From NCBI GenBank assembly GCA_047967505.1, contig CM106538.1: DNA of 64,000 nucleotides; one strand, written 5' to 3'. Under the pieces are notes generated by a model. The model was not told the DNA's origin. It saw only the letters and a program-made list of their open reading frames with translations, and made no database searches. How positions within the stretch are numbered: the first letter of the stretch is position 1; the number at the start of each line of letters is the position of its first letter. Shown one piece after another: positions 1 to 13,513 of the stretch. This stretch comes from Dipteris shenzhenensis (lineage: Eukaryota). The position numbers and the translations under genes were made by a program.

Positions 1-2589
1 TGTAGGGATGGCTTTTCGACACCCTAGTGAGGTGGACTGCCATGTATACAGCACCGTTTTGGTGATTGATCTTTCGGCGACAGAGTGGAGGCGATTTGAC
101 GGGCTACAAGTGATCGTGGGGTCGAGGATGATTAGGAGTAAGCCCTCAGTCCCTCACCGTATAGTACAGTTGGACTTTGCTATGACACCTCCTAGGTTGA
201 TGCCATTTTCCTGACGGTGACATTCTTCCATAATAGAGTTTGGGCCCTATCCCAGTGGACAATGGAGATTACCGAGGCTAGCAATAGAGTCATCGAGACG
301 GCTAGCAGAGAGTGGGGTTGACATAGTATGGTATGCACGCATATCCACATGGTTTGCCCGTCATGGTATTCATATGGATTGGCTTTCCCCCTTTCATCTT
401 GGATGAAACCATTGCCTGTGCCTTGATCAAGATCGTATAGACCCGGTAGGGGAAGTTTCTTTTGCCAGGATCTGAAGCAAAGGTGTTGAGGAAGGATAGT
501 TTGACGAAGATTTAGGTTCTATGGCTCCCCCATGCATGAATGATAAGGACAAGTTGAACGGAGCAAATTATGCTCGCTGGAAACTATAGCTCAAGATTTG
601 GTTCATTCATAAGGGCTTTGGGAGCTTTTTTTAAGGGGTTTGAAAAGAAACGTGAGCATCCTTCCAATCCCAAGCAGTGGACCCAGGATCAGGAGGATGA
701 GTTTCAGGAAGAGTTTGCTGAATGGGAAGACAAAGACTTGACAGCACACTCAGTCCTTGTGTGCACCATCATGGAGGAGGTTTCTCCCGCAGTGTAGACA
801 TTGACGAGTGCTTTCGAGATATGGTCCAAACTAGTGGACCTTTATGCGAGGGACTCAGCGACGAGGGCTGATACTCTAATGGGGTAGCTTCACAGTCTTG
901 AGTTCTCCAACGATAGTACTATGTAACCCTTGAGTACTCCAATGGTAGTACTATGTAGCTTCACAGTCTTGAGTTCTCCAACAGTAGTACTATGTAACCC
1001 TTCGTGATGTATGCTAAGGTCGTCCATGACCAGCTTTTGTTCATGGGAGCTGCACTGACCTCTCCTTAGTTTGCGGTACTTATTCTCATCAAGCTACCTC
1101 GGGCTTATGACATGGTCTCTTGGGCCTTGCGGTGTCAAGTCTCAGCTAGTCAGCTAGACTTTGATGATCTGCCCCTCTATTGCTCGAAGAGGAGTCAATA
1201 CAATTGTCCTAGGGCAGGCTGCAACTCATTCCAGGTGGAAGCACGGCCCTTTCATCTCAGGAGAAGACCAAGAAGAACTGGAGCAGGTGCTACAAGTGTG
1301 GGAAAGCGGCCATTTGGTGAGGAAGTGTAAGTTCAAGGATAAGTCTCAGGATCAGGACTCGTCCTCAGACTCTGACCACTCCGGAGGCTCCAAGGCAGCA
1401 GCAGGTACCCCGAGATAGTTCCAGCTTTTTGACATTGAGGTGTCTCCCCCTGTGGGTCACAGCTAGAGAGGGCATGTTGGTTGCTTTTGGACCTGTTGAA
1501 ATTCTGGCAGGCATAGGAGACAGTGTGGAGCTATGGACCAGATGTGTTCGGGGTTCATTGTTTCAGGTCACAGTGACTATGGACCAAGGAGCTTGAGTTC
1601 ATTGTACGTGGTTTCTGTATGTGATGAGCTCATTGACAGGTTACTGGACGTGGTGTGTCCCACATTTCATATTCCTCCATTGGGAACCCATAGCGACTAG
1701 CTTGGGATATTACAGAACACATGACTTCTTTGGAGCATCAGTTGACATTTCTTCGAGTTACCAGGCGCCTTGGAGCTATCTTCCAGGACATTTCCTGTTG
1801 GAGAGTCCATGATGGTTTCTTCATTGGCCGGCTCCCTCAGATCATTGTACACCATGAGCTGCAGAGAGGGTGTTATAGTTGAGGTCATCTCAGGTGTAGA
1901 TCTAGTGAGAGAGGGCTTCTATTATGGGTATGCCTGCCCCCTTTCAGGCTAGGATAGGGAGAGAGTAGAGGGCTGGCAGGCCCATTTCAGTGGGCTGCTA
2001 TGGGCAGCCTTCGGGCAGATCCTAGGTGCACTGGCAGGCCCTTTATAGTGGGCTGGCCCTGGCCTGGGACAGCCGACCAGCTGGTCGGCCCTAGGTCGGC
2101 TAGACCTACTACTTGGGTTGACCATATGAGGCCCCCAAGTCGACCTACAGCAGGCTGCCCTATTTATAGGGCCAGCCTCCCTCCTTTTCTGGTATCACTT
2201 GGAGCAGTTCTTTTTTCCCTCTTGTGGGTGTTCCCCCATGCTATATACACAGTTTCCTTGGCCTCTCTTAGTGCCCCCCCCCCCCCCCCCCCCTCTCTCT
2301 CTCTCTCCCTCTCTGTGCTGCATGCTTCCGCTCATTTGCATACTCTCACAACAGCCCCGACTTGCTGCCTTTCTGCCGACCTTGTGCTGTCTGCAGGCTG
2401 CTGCTGCTGGAGCCAGGCCTGTAGATGGTCCCAGTAGTCATGTACCTGCTCCAGCCTCCTGTCATGCATCAGTACAGCCTTCGTACAGTCCTCTAACAGC
2501 AGCCTTTTGGACTGTCCACATGGCAGCCTGCATGCTGCCCATGTGGCAGCCCTTTTTTTTCTCTTAGGTTTTTTCTTTCTGCTAATACA
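1..2589 (+). mobile_element. Eroded copia-type LTR element (5' end outside window): degenerate gag, no recognisable RT, putative 3' LTR about 1871-2589
   Basis: DKLNGANYARWK gag start near 545; broken knuckle CYKCGK/GHLVRKC near 1285; purine tract GAGAGGG followed by TGTTA at 1871; TATA-like cctatttatagg near 2160; end TAATACA at 2589 is tentative. Confidence 0.6.
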
Positions 2590-3383
2590 CCTTCCCCATG
2601 TCCTGCATCAACCTGCCATGGCCCCACACCTACACATCGATGTAAATGCTCTATCAGGTCATAGTGAGAAGCTCACAAGAACAAGTTGGAGACGTCCTCA
2701 ATCATTGGTCTTTGAACTTGCAGCTCTCGCTCTTCTAGGTCCGGTCCCGTGCAAGGAAACCATCTTGGAATACAAGTACCATTTAGGTAGCACCAAATAT
2801 CTAATGGTACCACCATACTCAATCATGAAGCTGCCAACATCCTTGAGTAATCCTTGCACAATCAGCAGGTCTATCCAGCTGTCTCACTCAGAACTAAGGA
2901 CAGCCTGGATCTTGCCAAGCACCATGCTCCCAAGGTTTGTTTCAACCCACTCTGGCAACATCGTGCTCCATCTGAACAACGAAGTCCCTGGCTGATCCAC
3001 ATAGATCCCTAAGGTCTATAAGCGCACCAATGACTAACTCTCCAGCAACAGTATACTCTTTAGGGTTTGTGGATGTTCCCATCTCCAGCTGAAAGTGCCA
3101 CATCAAACCTGTAGTGACCTCAGAGAAAGACAACCTCTCCACTCCCTAAGGAAGATAGTACTCCTGGCAGAAGCAGCCTTGGAAGACCCTTGCATACTAG
3201 TCGAAATGACCATCAAAATGTGTACAACGTTTGTCCATATACTGGTGAGATGGGTGGACCTGGGAACCATCAAGTACCTCAATGTGTCTAGGGTCTTGAG
3301 ATATGCTAAGCTGAAATTCTCATTATGATCTCTTAACATGTGTCCATGTAGGCATGTGCAAGTCTCTAGGGAGAGGGATACAC
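2590..3383. pseudogene. Degenerate coding remnant of an unidentified, probably mobile, family; homologous to about 28780-29400
   Basis: RQPLHSLRKIVLLAEAAL / WVDLGTI / CPCRHV here versus RQPLHSLRKIVLFADADL / WVDLGAI / CMCRRV at 28900-29090, with differences concentrated at every third base. Confidence 0.55.
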
Positions 3384-3449
3384 TGTAGGCTATCTCATGG
3401 GCTATCCATAGATGCCACTTATACCTTAGTATGAGCCTTGTAGGCCTAG

Positions 3450-6101
3450 ACGGTTGGAGAGTTGTGCCAACTTCGGCTGGAGAGACGTGGCTATAATTAA
3501 GGTGCCTCGATCCTTGGTCAAAGCCCCTTAATTATGATCAAGAGCGTTGACTTCGGTCAACGAGAGAATAAAAATATATATTTTTTATATTTGTTATGTG
3601 TGCACATGTATTTAGTGGGGACGCCCACCGTGACTAGAACTAGTCCACAATGTGTTGTTTGCATGCAAAGCGCTAACAATTAATGGGTGGCATGGTGGTG
3701 CACTTTAATTAATTGTTCCAGGTACATTATGCATGAACAGCTCTACGCTGAACTATGTACTTGATTTCTCTCTGATAAATACAAACCTTTGGGGGGGCAC
3801 AGCCCGACTGTTGTCCTGGGCCCTAGTGTCTCTGCTGAGAGAGGGAGAGAGGGGAGAGAAATGATAGTGTCACTGCTGTCTTTTACGAGTAAGGTTCCAT
3901 TGGTATCAGAGCATGGCTTCACAGTTTTCTGAAGCTGTGACGATCAAGTAGTAGGTGCGGGGAAATCTGTTGAAAAATCCAAGTGGCCAACGTAGGACAC
4001 CTCTGACGAGAGTTTCTGTTGGTAGAGAGACCACAGAAGAGAAAGGGCCAACACAAATTCAGATTGGCAGGCGTGAAGAATTTCATCATTCGGGTCCTGA
4101 GGCGTCGGCTGAAAGACTACGCTAAGTGCCTTAGATTGCGCAGGTGTTTGATGGAGATCCCATGCAGGGTGCGGGGTACTATTTTCGTTGGTATCATTGC
4201 TATGTGCATTGCGCAGTTAGGAAATAGAGACTGTCCACCAAAGCGCACGTCTGATGGAGAGATCAGTTTAATATCGGGGCTAAGTCATCTGGAGCATGGT
4301 AGTTTTTTTTCAATGGCCCCGTGAAAAAAAAAAAAAGCGCAAGCCTCTAGAGGTTCCTCGAACGCTGATGTGATGGCACAACAATAGACGTGAGCTACGA
4401 AAAGAATTTCTTCCTTCTCCATCTTCGATTCTCTACGCTGCAAGTAGAAGGTTCCGGTGATGTTCGACGCTGACCAAACCAGGTCTTACACCTTAGGTGA
4501 CGTGGTTTTTGTGACGTGGCAGACACGTGCACTGCGCTGACGTGGTGCACACATGGCAGAGGCAAACAAAAGACACGTGGCACACATGTGACGTGGCGGC
4601 CACACGTACGAGATGACGTGGCAGCCAGCAGGGAAGATGACGTGGCTAGGCGTCCACACGTGCGGGATGATGTGGCAAAAAGACACGTGGCAGTGCACAG
4701 TGTCAGCTGATGAGGCAGACCCACATGCAGGTGAATGACGTGGCACACTGCTGACATGGCAGCCAGCTCACAGATGATGTGGCAAAACACGTGGCAGGCT
4801 GATGTGGCAAACCAGTGGTTAAGTTAACTTTGGTTAGTTAACCCTGGTTAGAGGTTCAGTTAGTTGACCCAACCAGACTAGTCTGGTCACTGTAACCAGA
4901 CTGTGACTAGCCCAGTTAGTCTAGTTGCAGACTAACCAAACCAGAACCAGTTAATCTAGTTAGTGTAACTAGCAGTTACCCATCTAGTTACTGTCCCTCA
5001 GAAAAAAAAAAAACCACAGTTACAGAGACTGTTTCTGCCAACAGTTTTCACCTATCTAAGAGAGTATTTACTGTCAGAAAAAGCAGAAATCAGAGAAAAT
5101 CAGAGAAAATTAGAGATTTGCAGAAAAAGAAATATGCATGCCTTTGAGCAGTGAAAAAGGGGGAAAACTGATGCTTTTTGAAGTCATTTGCAGCAGCCAG
5201 AAAAGGGGAACACAGCTTTGAGTTTATGCCTGGAGTTGACAGCCCGGCATTGGCATAAGTTGTGAATGCAAGACACCTCTTGTTGAGGTAATTTTCTCTC
5301 TGAAAAGCAAAGGCTGCTTACATTAGTTGTATACACAGTGTGTGTGAGAAACTTGTAGATCTTAGACGAGTTGTAAGAAAATGGCTCAATCACCTATCCA
5401 GTGGGATTTACCTTGGCATGCGCCAAGAGGGTTAACCACGGTTAACCAAGATGTGCCAACTTAGGTTGGAGAGTTGTGCCAACTTCGGCTGGAGAGACTT
5501 GGCTATAATTAAGGCGCCTCGACCCTTGGTCAAAGCCCCTTAATTATGATCAAGAGCGTTGACTTCGGTCAACGAGAGAATAAAAATATATATATTTTAT
5601 ATTTGTTATGCGTGCACATGTATTCAGTGGGGACGCCCACCGTGACTAGAACTAGTCCACAATGTGTTGTTTGCATGCAAAGCGCTAACAATTAATGGGT
5701 GGCATGGTGGTGCACTTTAATTAATTGTTGTTGGTACTAGGAAGAGTTATTTTCCTAAGCGCTATGGGAGCCTAATCGGAGTCTGGGAGGCGGTTCGTGT
5801 GACCAAGTGCTTCGAAGACTCCAGAGTTGCCCTTAGTGGCATGTAATTAGGAAAGTAGTGTAGAAATTGACAAGTGGCTTGTTGCCAAGAAGGGGAGCCT
5901 GAGAGCTCATGTAATGATTCATTCATTCACGATTTGGATTATGCATGAACAGCTCTACGCTGAACTATGTACTTGATTTCTCTGTGATAAATAAAAACCT
6001 TCGAGGGGTCCAGCCCGACTGTTGTCCTGGGCCCTAGTGTCTTTGTTGAGAGAGGGAGAGAAATGATAGTGTCACTGCTGTGTTTTACGAGTAAGGTTCC
6101 A
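3450..6101 (+). mobile_element. Internally deleted, non-coding LTR element B nested in the leader of element A
   Basis: Direct repeats about 3452-3899 and about 5464-6101, both ending AAGGTTCCA; tRNA-iMet PBS TGGTATCAGAGC at 3901-3912; about 1.5 kb interior with no gag/pol; the 3' copy has about 210 bp missing from the 5' copy. Confidence 0.8.
4495..4810 (+). repeat. Array of ACGTGG(C)/CACGTG motifs (ABRE/G-box-like)
   Basis: About 12 ACGTG and about 8 ACGTGGC in about 310 bp by hand count, plus GATGTGGC variants. Confidence 0.8.
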
Positions 6102-9100
6102 AGCTGTCTCGAGCGCGCCAGCATTTTGGAGCTGCCTCGAGTTGCGTGCCAACATTTCGGAGATGCCTTGAGCTGCGTGCCAGCATTTTGGAGCTGCCTC
6201 GAACTGCGTGCCGACGTTTGGAGCCATTTGGAGCTGCTGATTTGATTCACAGACCTCTCCTCGCCCTTTGGTATCCCTTTGCCTCGGGCTGCGAGCTTCT
6301 CTCTATTGGATCTCTCTCTCTCCATTTGTACGTGCTCTCCTCCTCGTGGGAGCACTTGTTTTGCTGTAATTCTCATTTCCAGCCCTCATTTGCTCGCTTT
6401 CAGAGCTTGCCACTGCTGTTCATCATTGGGTAAGCCGTTGTTGCATTGGCTTTTTCCAAATTTCGCTTCATTTGCATTTTGGAAAGGCCTCGCGTTGCCT
6501 TGGAAGGCCCCGTGTTGCCTTTGGGGATTTTTCTTGCAATAGGTACAGCTTGGGATTGCAGAGTCTCTTGCAGACATAAGCTTTGAAGCTTGGGCAGTTT
6601 TTTGGCACTTGATTCTGAGAGGTTGCCTTTCTCTCATTTGCTTTGCTAGTTGGTGCATTTGCCTTGTTCTTTAGCACCATGTCTGGTGGCAAAGGTGATT
6701 TGTTTGGGCTGATTGGGGTCGATGACAAGCTTGATGGCACCAATTACCCCATGTGGTCATTCATGATGGGACATGTTTTGGCTGCCAAGAATCTATGGCA
6801 TATTGTTTCAGGTTCTGAGGCCAGGCCTACACGCACTGTTACTGGTGCTACACCTGCAGCCTCTGCTTCTTTAGGTCATGGGTCTTTAGGTGATGGTTCT
6901 ACTGCTACAGACAGGACTCCTGCACCTCCTGCTCTAGGTGCTTTGCCTCCTTCACATGAGCAAATTCAGTGGGATGGTCGTGATGCCAAAGCACATGCCT
7001 TGATTGCTCTTTCAGTGAAACGGGTTATTATCCCTCATATTCGGTCTTGCAAGACAGCTAAGCAAGCATGGGATCAGCTTGCATCTTTGTATCAGGTGCG
7101 GAATGAGGCAAGGATTGCCTATCTTCGGAGGCAGTTGAAAGATTTAAAGCTTGATGAGGGTGGTAACATGGATGCCTATCTCACTAATGTGAAGGATTTG
7201 AAAGAGCAGTTGGTCAACATTGATGAGATTATGCCTGATTCTCAGCTGGTTTCTAATACCTTATTGGGTTGCCTGATTCATATCAAGGCTTTGCTACTAC
7301 ATTGAGGTTGGTTGCAGGGGGTGATGCCAATCATTTCTCATTTGACCAGTTTATTACTCTTCTTCTTTAGGAGGAGCAAAGTCGTGTGAATTGCAATGCT
7401 ACTATGGCTAGTGATCAAGCATTTGCTGCCCATCATAAACACAAAGGTAAAGGCAAGGTTTCAGCTGGAAAGCCCTCTCATTCCCATGCTGATCATTCAC
7501 ATGGTGCCTCTTCTTCAGGGGATAACAAAAAGAAGAAGAGATGTAACTATTGCAGGAAACCTGGGCATGATATTTCTGAATGCAGGAAGCACATAGCATC
7601 TGAAAAGAAAAAGAAAGAGTCTGGTCTTGCAGTATCTGGTTCTTCTAGTGCAGAAGATCAACATGAGTCCGCTAATTTTGCACAAGACCACCATTGGGCT
7701 TTCTTGGTTACATGTCAGTATAATCCTGATGTTCATGATGCTTGTATGACAGTGTCAGATGTTCGTGATGCCTGGTTCTTTGATAGTGGTGCTAGTAAGC
7801 ACATCACTTCCTGCAGGAAGTTATTCAGCTCATTGGAGCTTACATCTAAGGGGCCAGTGTCACATGTGCCAATAATGCATCATATACTGTGAAAGGTATT
7901 AGGCAAGTTGCTCTTACTTCTGTCATTGGTGGTATTGTCACTCTAGAGCATGTGCTTTGTGTTCCAGGCATTCGTAAGAACCTCATTTCTATTGCGGCCA
8001 TTACTACATGTGGCTTTCAGGTTATTTTTGATGGTGTGAGGTGTGTAGTGTATGATGTTACACATGCCTCTACCCTGGTTTTGATTGGCACATTGTCTAG
8101 CAAGTCTTTACAGACTCGATGCTTATGACAGATGTTCAGATGATGATGTTGCACTTGCCGATGCACATGCCTTTGCTATTGATTCTATCATGGCAGATAC
8201 TCATTTGTGGCATGAGAGGTTTGGACACCTCAATTTTGGAGCCCTGGTGAAGTTATATAAGGAAGATATGGTTGTGGATCGTCCAAAAATGCATGTCTAC
8301 CAAACATGTTTGTGAACCATGCTTACTTGGTAAGATGCACTGTGCTGCGTTTCCCAAGGATGGGAGAGTTGGTGCTTCACGTAAGCTTTATCTGGTTCAC
8401 AGTGATGTTTGTGGACCCATGAGGGTTGCAGCTTTTGGGGGGTTCTACTATTTTGTTACTTTTATTGATGATTTCACCAGGTACACTTGGATGTTCGCAT
8501 TGAAATCCAAGTCTGATGTTTCTTCATAGCTTCAAGCACTTTATTGCCTTGGCTGAGAATGAGAGTGGGCTACACATTGCTCACATTAATACAGACAGGC
8601 GGGGTGAATACATGTCTAAGGAGTTTGCTGTTTTTTTGGCTTCCCGTGGCATTAATCATCGATGCACGGTGCTTTATACTCCTCAACAGAATCCCGTGGC
8701 TGAGCGGAAGAAAAATGGCCAGATGCATGTTGAAAGGGAAACATTTGCCTAATAAGTTGTGGTTGGATGCGGTCATGTGTGCAAATTACATCTTGAATAG
8801 ATGTCTTACAAAGGCATTGCAGACTATCACACCTTATGAGGCTTGGACGGGTCGTAAGCCTCGCATTTCCCACCTGAGGATTTTTGGATGCTTAGCTTAT
8901 GCTCATGTGCCTTCACAGAGATGCACTAAGTTGGATGATAAAGCTGTTAAATGCATTTTTCTTGGGTATAGTTCAGAGAGCAGGGGCTATAAGCTATATC
9001 AGCCCTGCATGGGCAAGTGTTTTGTTAGTCAGGAAGTTGTGTTTGATGAATCTTTCACTATGCCTTTGCTGGACTGTCAAAAACAGCCCATTGTTGATGC

Positions 9101-10865
9101 CCCAGACATATTTGACAGCTTGATGCCCTTGTTTCCATTTGATGCTCGGGATGATGTTCCATCTGAGGTTGTCCCTCCTCCATCTGTTGGTCATTTACAG
9201 CCACATGTGCATGCAGAAATTCAGCTTGATATGCCTATCATTGATCAGGATCATTTGCACCGGGCTTTTGACCAGGAAAGAGCAGAAATTCAGGAGCCTA
9301 AAAAGGTACCCCGTTGGCTCCTTGACACATTAAAAGACAGCAAACAAGACACTCCTCTGCCAGCCCGTACGAGAGCAACTGTCCGGAAAGAGCATGCTAG
9401 TTTTGTTGCTACAGCATGCACTGAAGAGCCATTATGTCATCAAGATGCCTTTCAGAATAATTGTTGAATGAAGGCCATGCAAGCTGAATTGGATTCTATC
9501 CATCAGAATGACACTTGGGAGTTGTGTGATTTGCCTTATGGCAAGAATGCCATTGGAACTAAGTGGGTTTACAAGATCAAACGGAAAGTTGATGGTTCAG
9601 TGGACCGTTACAAAGCCCATCTTGTTGCTAAGGGCTATGCTCAGCAGCATGGCATTGACTTCGAGGAGACTTTTGCTCCCACTTCCAGGATCACTACCAT
9701 TCGCATTGTTATTGCCTTTGCTGCCCACTTTCATTGGCAGATACATCAGCTTGATATTAAGACAGCTTTCCTTCATGGGCATTTGCAGGAAGAGGTATAT
9801 TTTTCCCAACCTCCTGGCTTTGAGGTTGAAAGTTCGGAAAGCAAGGTATGCCGCTTGAAAAAGGCCCTTTATGGATTGAAGCAGGCCCCGCAGGCTTGGT
9901 ATTCGAGAATTCATTCTCATTTGCTCACACTTGGCTTTCAGAACAGCCCTACAGAGGCTACCCTTTACATCCGCAAGCGTGGGACAGATTTGCTGATTGT
10001 AGTCCTTTACGTGGATGACATACTTGTAAGTGGGACACATGCTGAGTGAATTGCAGATTTTAAAGTTGATTTGCAGCAGACATTTGCTATGTCTGATCTT
10101 GGTCTTTTGCACTACTATCTGGGCATTCAATTTGCTAGCAGTGAGGGGGGCATTTTAATGTCACAATCCAAGTACTTTGGACAGCTTTTGCAGCGTTTTC
10201 AGTTTGAGGATTGCAAGCTAGTATCCACACCATTAGAGACTCGTTTTCACTTCTCTTCTAAGGATGGCAGCGGTACATGTGATGTCACTCTCTATCAGCA
10301 GGCAGTTGGTTGTTTGATTTACCTATGCCATACGAGACGTGATCTATAGCATGCTATCTCACAGTTGAGTAGATATTTGCACAGCCCATCTATGCACCAT
10401 TGGCATGCCGTGAAGCATGTTTTCAGATATCGTAAAGGCACTCAGCATTTAGGCCTTCTCTATGGGGCTGATACTTCACTTGTCATGCATGGGTTCACTG
10501 ATAGTGATTGGGTCGGTTGTTCTGACACTCGTGTGTCACATCGTGGCAACTGTTTTATGCTTGGTACTTCATGTGTTTCTTGGTTCAGTAAGAAGCAGAG
10601 TACAGTTGCTACTTCTAGCTGTGAAGCTGAGTACAGAGCGGCTTTTACAGCTACAGTGGAGTGTGTTTGGCTTCGGAAGCTACTTGCAGATCTTTGTACA
10701 TGTCAAATTGCTCCTACCGTCATCTTCACTGATAGTCAGAGTGTTTTGGATGTTTCACGGAATCCAGTTTTCCATGCTCGCACAAAGCATATTGAGGTTC
10801 ACTATCACTATGTCAGAGAGCGATTATCAGTAGGTGATATTGAGTTGTCTTATGTTCCCATTGAA

Positions 10866-13513
10866 TGATGGGATATCTCAAGGTGTATGCCTGAGGCACG
10901 CCTTGGTTTCTATGTGTGAGTGCTAGAGGCACAGTTAGGTGCCCACAAGCACAGTTAGGTGGTGGAGAGCCACATAGGATGATTGAGAGAATCTAGGAGC
11001 AGATTGAGGAGATGATCGTGGAGCTCTGAAGTCATCAGTGATGTCAGTGAGCATGTATGAGGTGCCTACTTAAGGACCTCACTCTTCTTCATTCCATAAT
11101 GCAAGTATTCTGAGTTTGTGTCCACTCTTTGCTTTCCTTTCAGCTTACCAACATGGTATCAGAGCCCTTTGATCCCCCTTGAGCCCATTTCTGCCACATC
11201 ATCATCATCTTCTTCATCTTCTTCTTCACCATCTCTCCCCAAAGTTTGCTTAAGCTTGTTCTCCTCCGGTTCTCAACCATTTCCCACGTCCTTCCTGCTG
11301 GAGATCCACCTCGAAGGGGCGAACCCCTGGCTGAAAGGAATCAGAGAAAGCTGTGCCCGTTTCGTCGCCATTACACGAAAATCGTTGACTTTTTCTTCTG
11401 GGTTTTCTCTCAGCACACTTCATCTTCCTCTAATTCCTTTCAGGGGTAGATTCTCCATGCCTTGGGCTATCCTGTGCTGAAATCTGAGCAGCAATGGCTG
11501 CATATTCAAGGAGAAATCAGTGAAAAACCAGTCGACTTTAAAGGGGCAAGCTATGGAGTTCTGACGCGTTTTTGCGCCTCTTCTTCCTAGAGGATCTTCT
11601 GTGGTATGACAGCTCTCTTTTGCCTTAAAAACCCCCTTTTCCTTGCTTTGAAGAGTGAGCTACAAGCCCTCCAAGTTCAGCCTTTTGGTTTTGACAGTTT
11701 TGACAAGTTTTTGAAGATGATGCTACATAAAATGCTACTCTAGCACTTCTGAGTTTTTGAAGTTTTCAATAGCATCTGTACAAGTGTGGCTTCGGTTTTT
11801 CTTTAAATTGCTAGACCTGGCTTTGATTGGAAAGTATTCATTTTAGCCACCTCTATGAAGCATGTAAGAAGAAGCATCATTGATTGAATATTGGTCACTA
11901 GTCTTTGCTACATCAAGTGCTTATATTTTGGAAGCCTTTCAGTTATTTTTTGCCTTGTAAGAGAGAAAGACACTGCCCAATATCTGGGTTAGACCCTCTC
12001 ATGGCTACCCTATTGAATCTAGAGAAGTTCAATGGAAAGGGCTTCCACACATGGCAGATGAAGGTGAAATTTGCATTGATGAGGAAGAACCTCTGGGGAC
12101 TTGTCAAACCGACTCCAACTGCTTCTTCTACAGCCTCCAATGCGGGAGAATCCTCAACTCCGACACGACCGACAAGGGATCCCGCTAGAGAGGAGAAAGC
12201 ATATGGTATCATTGCTCTTGCTTTAGGAGATGATTATATTCACCACATTTCTGACTTAGAGTCTCCTTCAGAAGCTTGGCAGAAGGTTGACATGATTTTT
12301 GGTGCTAGCTCTCACATCTCTAAATTATCACTTAAAATCTCTTTCTTTGAATTGAAGATGGTTAGTGGCACTACTTTGGCAGCTCATGTCAACTATATGC
12401 GGAGTCTTATGACTCAATTAGCTTCTATCAACTCTCCTATTACTCCAGATGATGCTATGGCAGTGTTACTTAAGAGTATGCGTGAAGATTATGATCACAT
12501 AGTTACCACTTTGAAAAATCTTCCTAATCCTAATCTTGAAGGTATTATCTCTGCTCTCCAAGAAGAAGAAAGGCATATGGAGCTCAGGAAAGGCAATGAC
12601 ACTGTTTATGCTGTAAAAGTCCAGAAGGGCAAGTATACCCCTTGCAATCACTGTGGAAAGACAAATCACCTTTCAAAGGACTGCTTCAAAAATAACCCAT
12701 GCAAACACTGTGGCAAGAACAACCATCATGAGAAGTTTTGCAGAGCCAAAGCAAAGACAGAAAATGCGAATCTACTTTCAGTTGATGAGCCTCCACAAGA
12801 TGAGGCATCCTTTGAAGATTATGCATTTTAAATCATCTCTATGTATGCTCCAGATCTCTCTTTTTATGTCAAGGTACTCAGCCTGGATAGTCCTCCAAAA
12901 TGAATGAAATAAACTATTGTGTTTTGTGTGTTTTGTAAACACCTCTGGTCACCTTATGATGTAGGCCATGTGTATGTTTTGCTCCATGGTACCTCCTGTA
13001 GGCATTGTGTGCATGTACATGCAGGGGAGATAACCATTGGAAGGTCTTTTTGTATCCCTTTTGTTTACCTTACACCCATGGGAACCCTTGCTAGCATGAG
13101 AACCTAGCCATAGATTTATCCTTGACCACCATGAGATGGCATGAGAAACTATGAGACTAGATGTATCCTTGACTAGATGGCATGAGAAACTATGAGACTA
13201 GATGTATCCTTGACATAGCCTGAGGCATTCCCTTGAGGGGGGGTTTGATGGGATATCTCAAGGTGTATGCCTCAGGCACACCTTGGTTTCTATGTGTGAG
13301 TGCTAGAGGCACAGTTAGGTGCCCACAAGCACAGTTAGGTGATTGAGAGAATCTAGGAGCAGATTGAGCAGATGATTGTGGAGCTCTGAAGTCATCAGTG
13401 ATGTCAGTGAGCATGTATGAGGTGCCTACTTAAGGACCTCACTCTTCTTCATTCCATAATGCAAGTATTCTGAGTTTGTGTCCACTCTTTGCTTTCCTTT
13501 CAGCTTACCAACA
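10866..13513 (+). mobile_element. Complete gag-only non-autonomous LTR retrotransposon (TR-GAG-like), 2648 bp, inserted in the RNase H of element A
   Basis: LTRs 10866-11153 and 13246-13513 (TGATG...CAACA); PBS 11154-11165; PPT GAGGGGGGG before 13246; TSD TTGAA/CTGAA with one mismatch (empty site reads PTEDN). Confidence 0.92.
12001..12831 (+). CDS. gag: Intact copia-type Gag, 276 aa, with two CCHC zinc knuckles
   Basis: MATLLNLEKFNGKGFHTWQMKVK, UBN2-type core, CNHCGKTNHLSKDC and CKHCGKNNHHEKFC, stop at 12831; no pol follows. Confidence 0.9.
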   Translation: MATLLNLEKFNGKGFHTWQMKVKFALMRKNLWGLVKPTPTASSTASNAGESSTPTRPTRDPAREEKAYGIIALALGDDYIHHISDLESPSEAWQKVDMIFGASSHISKLSLKISFFELKMVSGTTLAAHVNYMRSLMTQLASINSPITPDDAMAVLLKSMREDYDHIVTTLKNLPNPNLEGIISALQEEERHMELRKGNDTVYAVKVQKGKYTPCNHCGKTNHLSKDCFKNNPCKHCGKNNHHEKFCRAKAKTENANLLSVDEPPQDEASFEDYAF

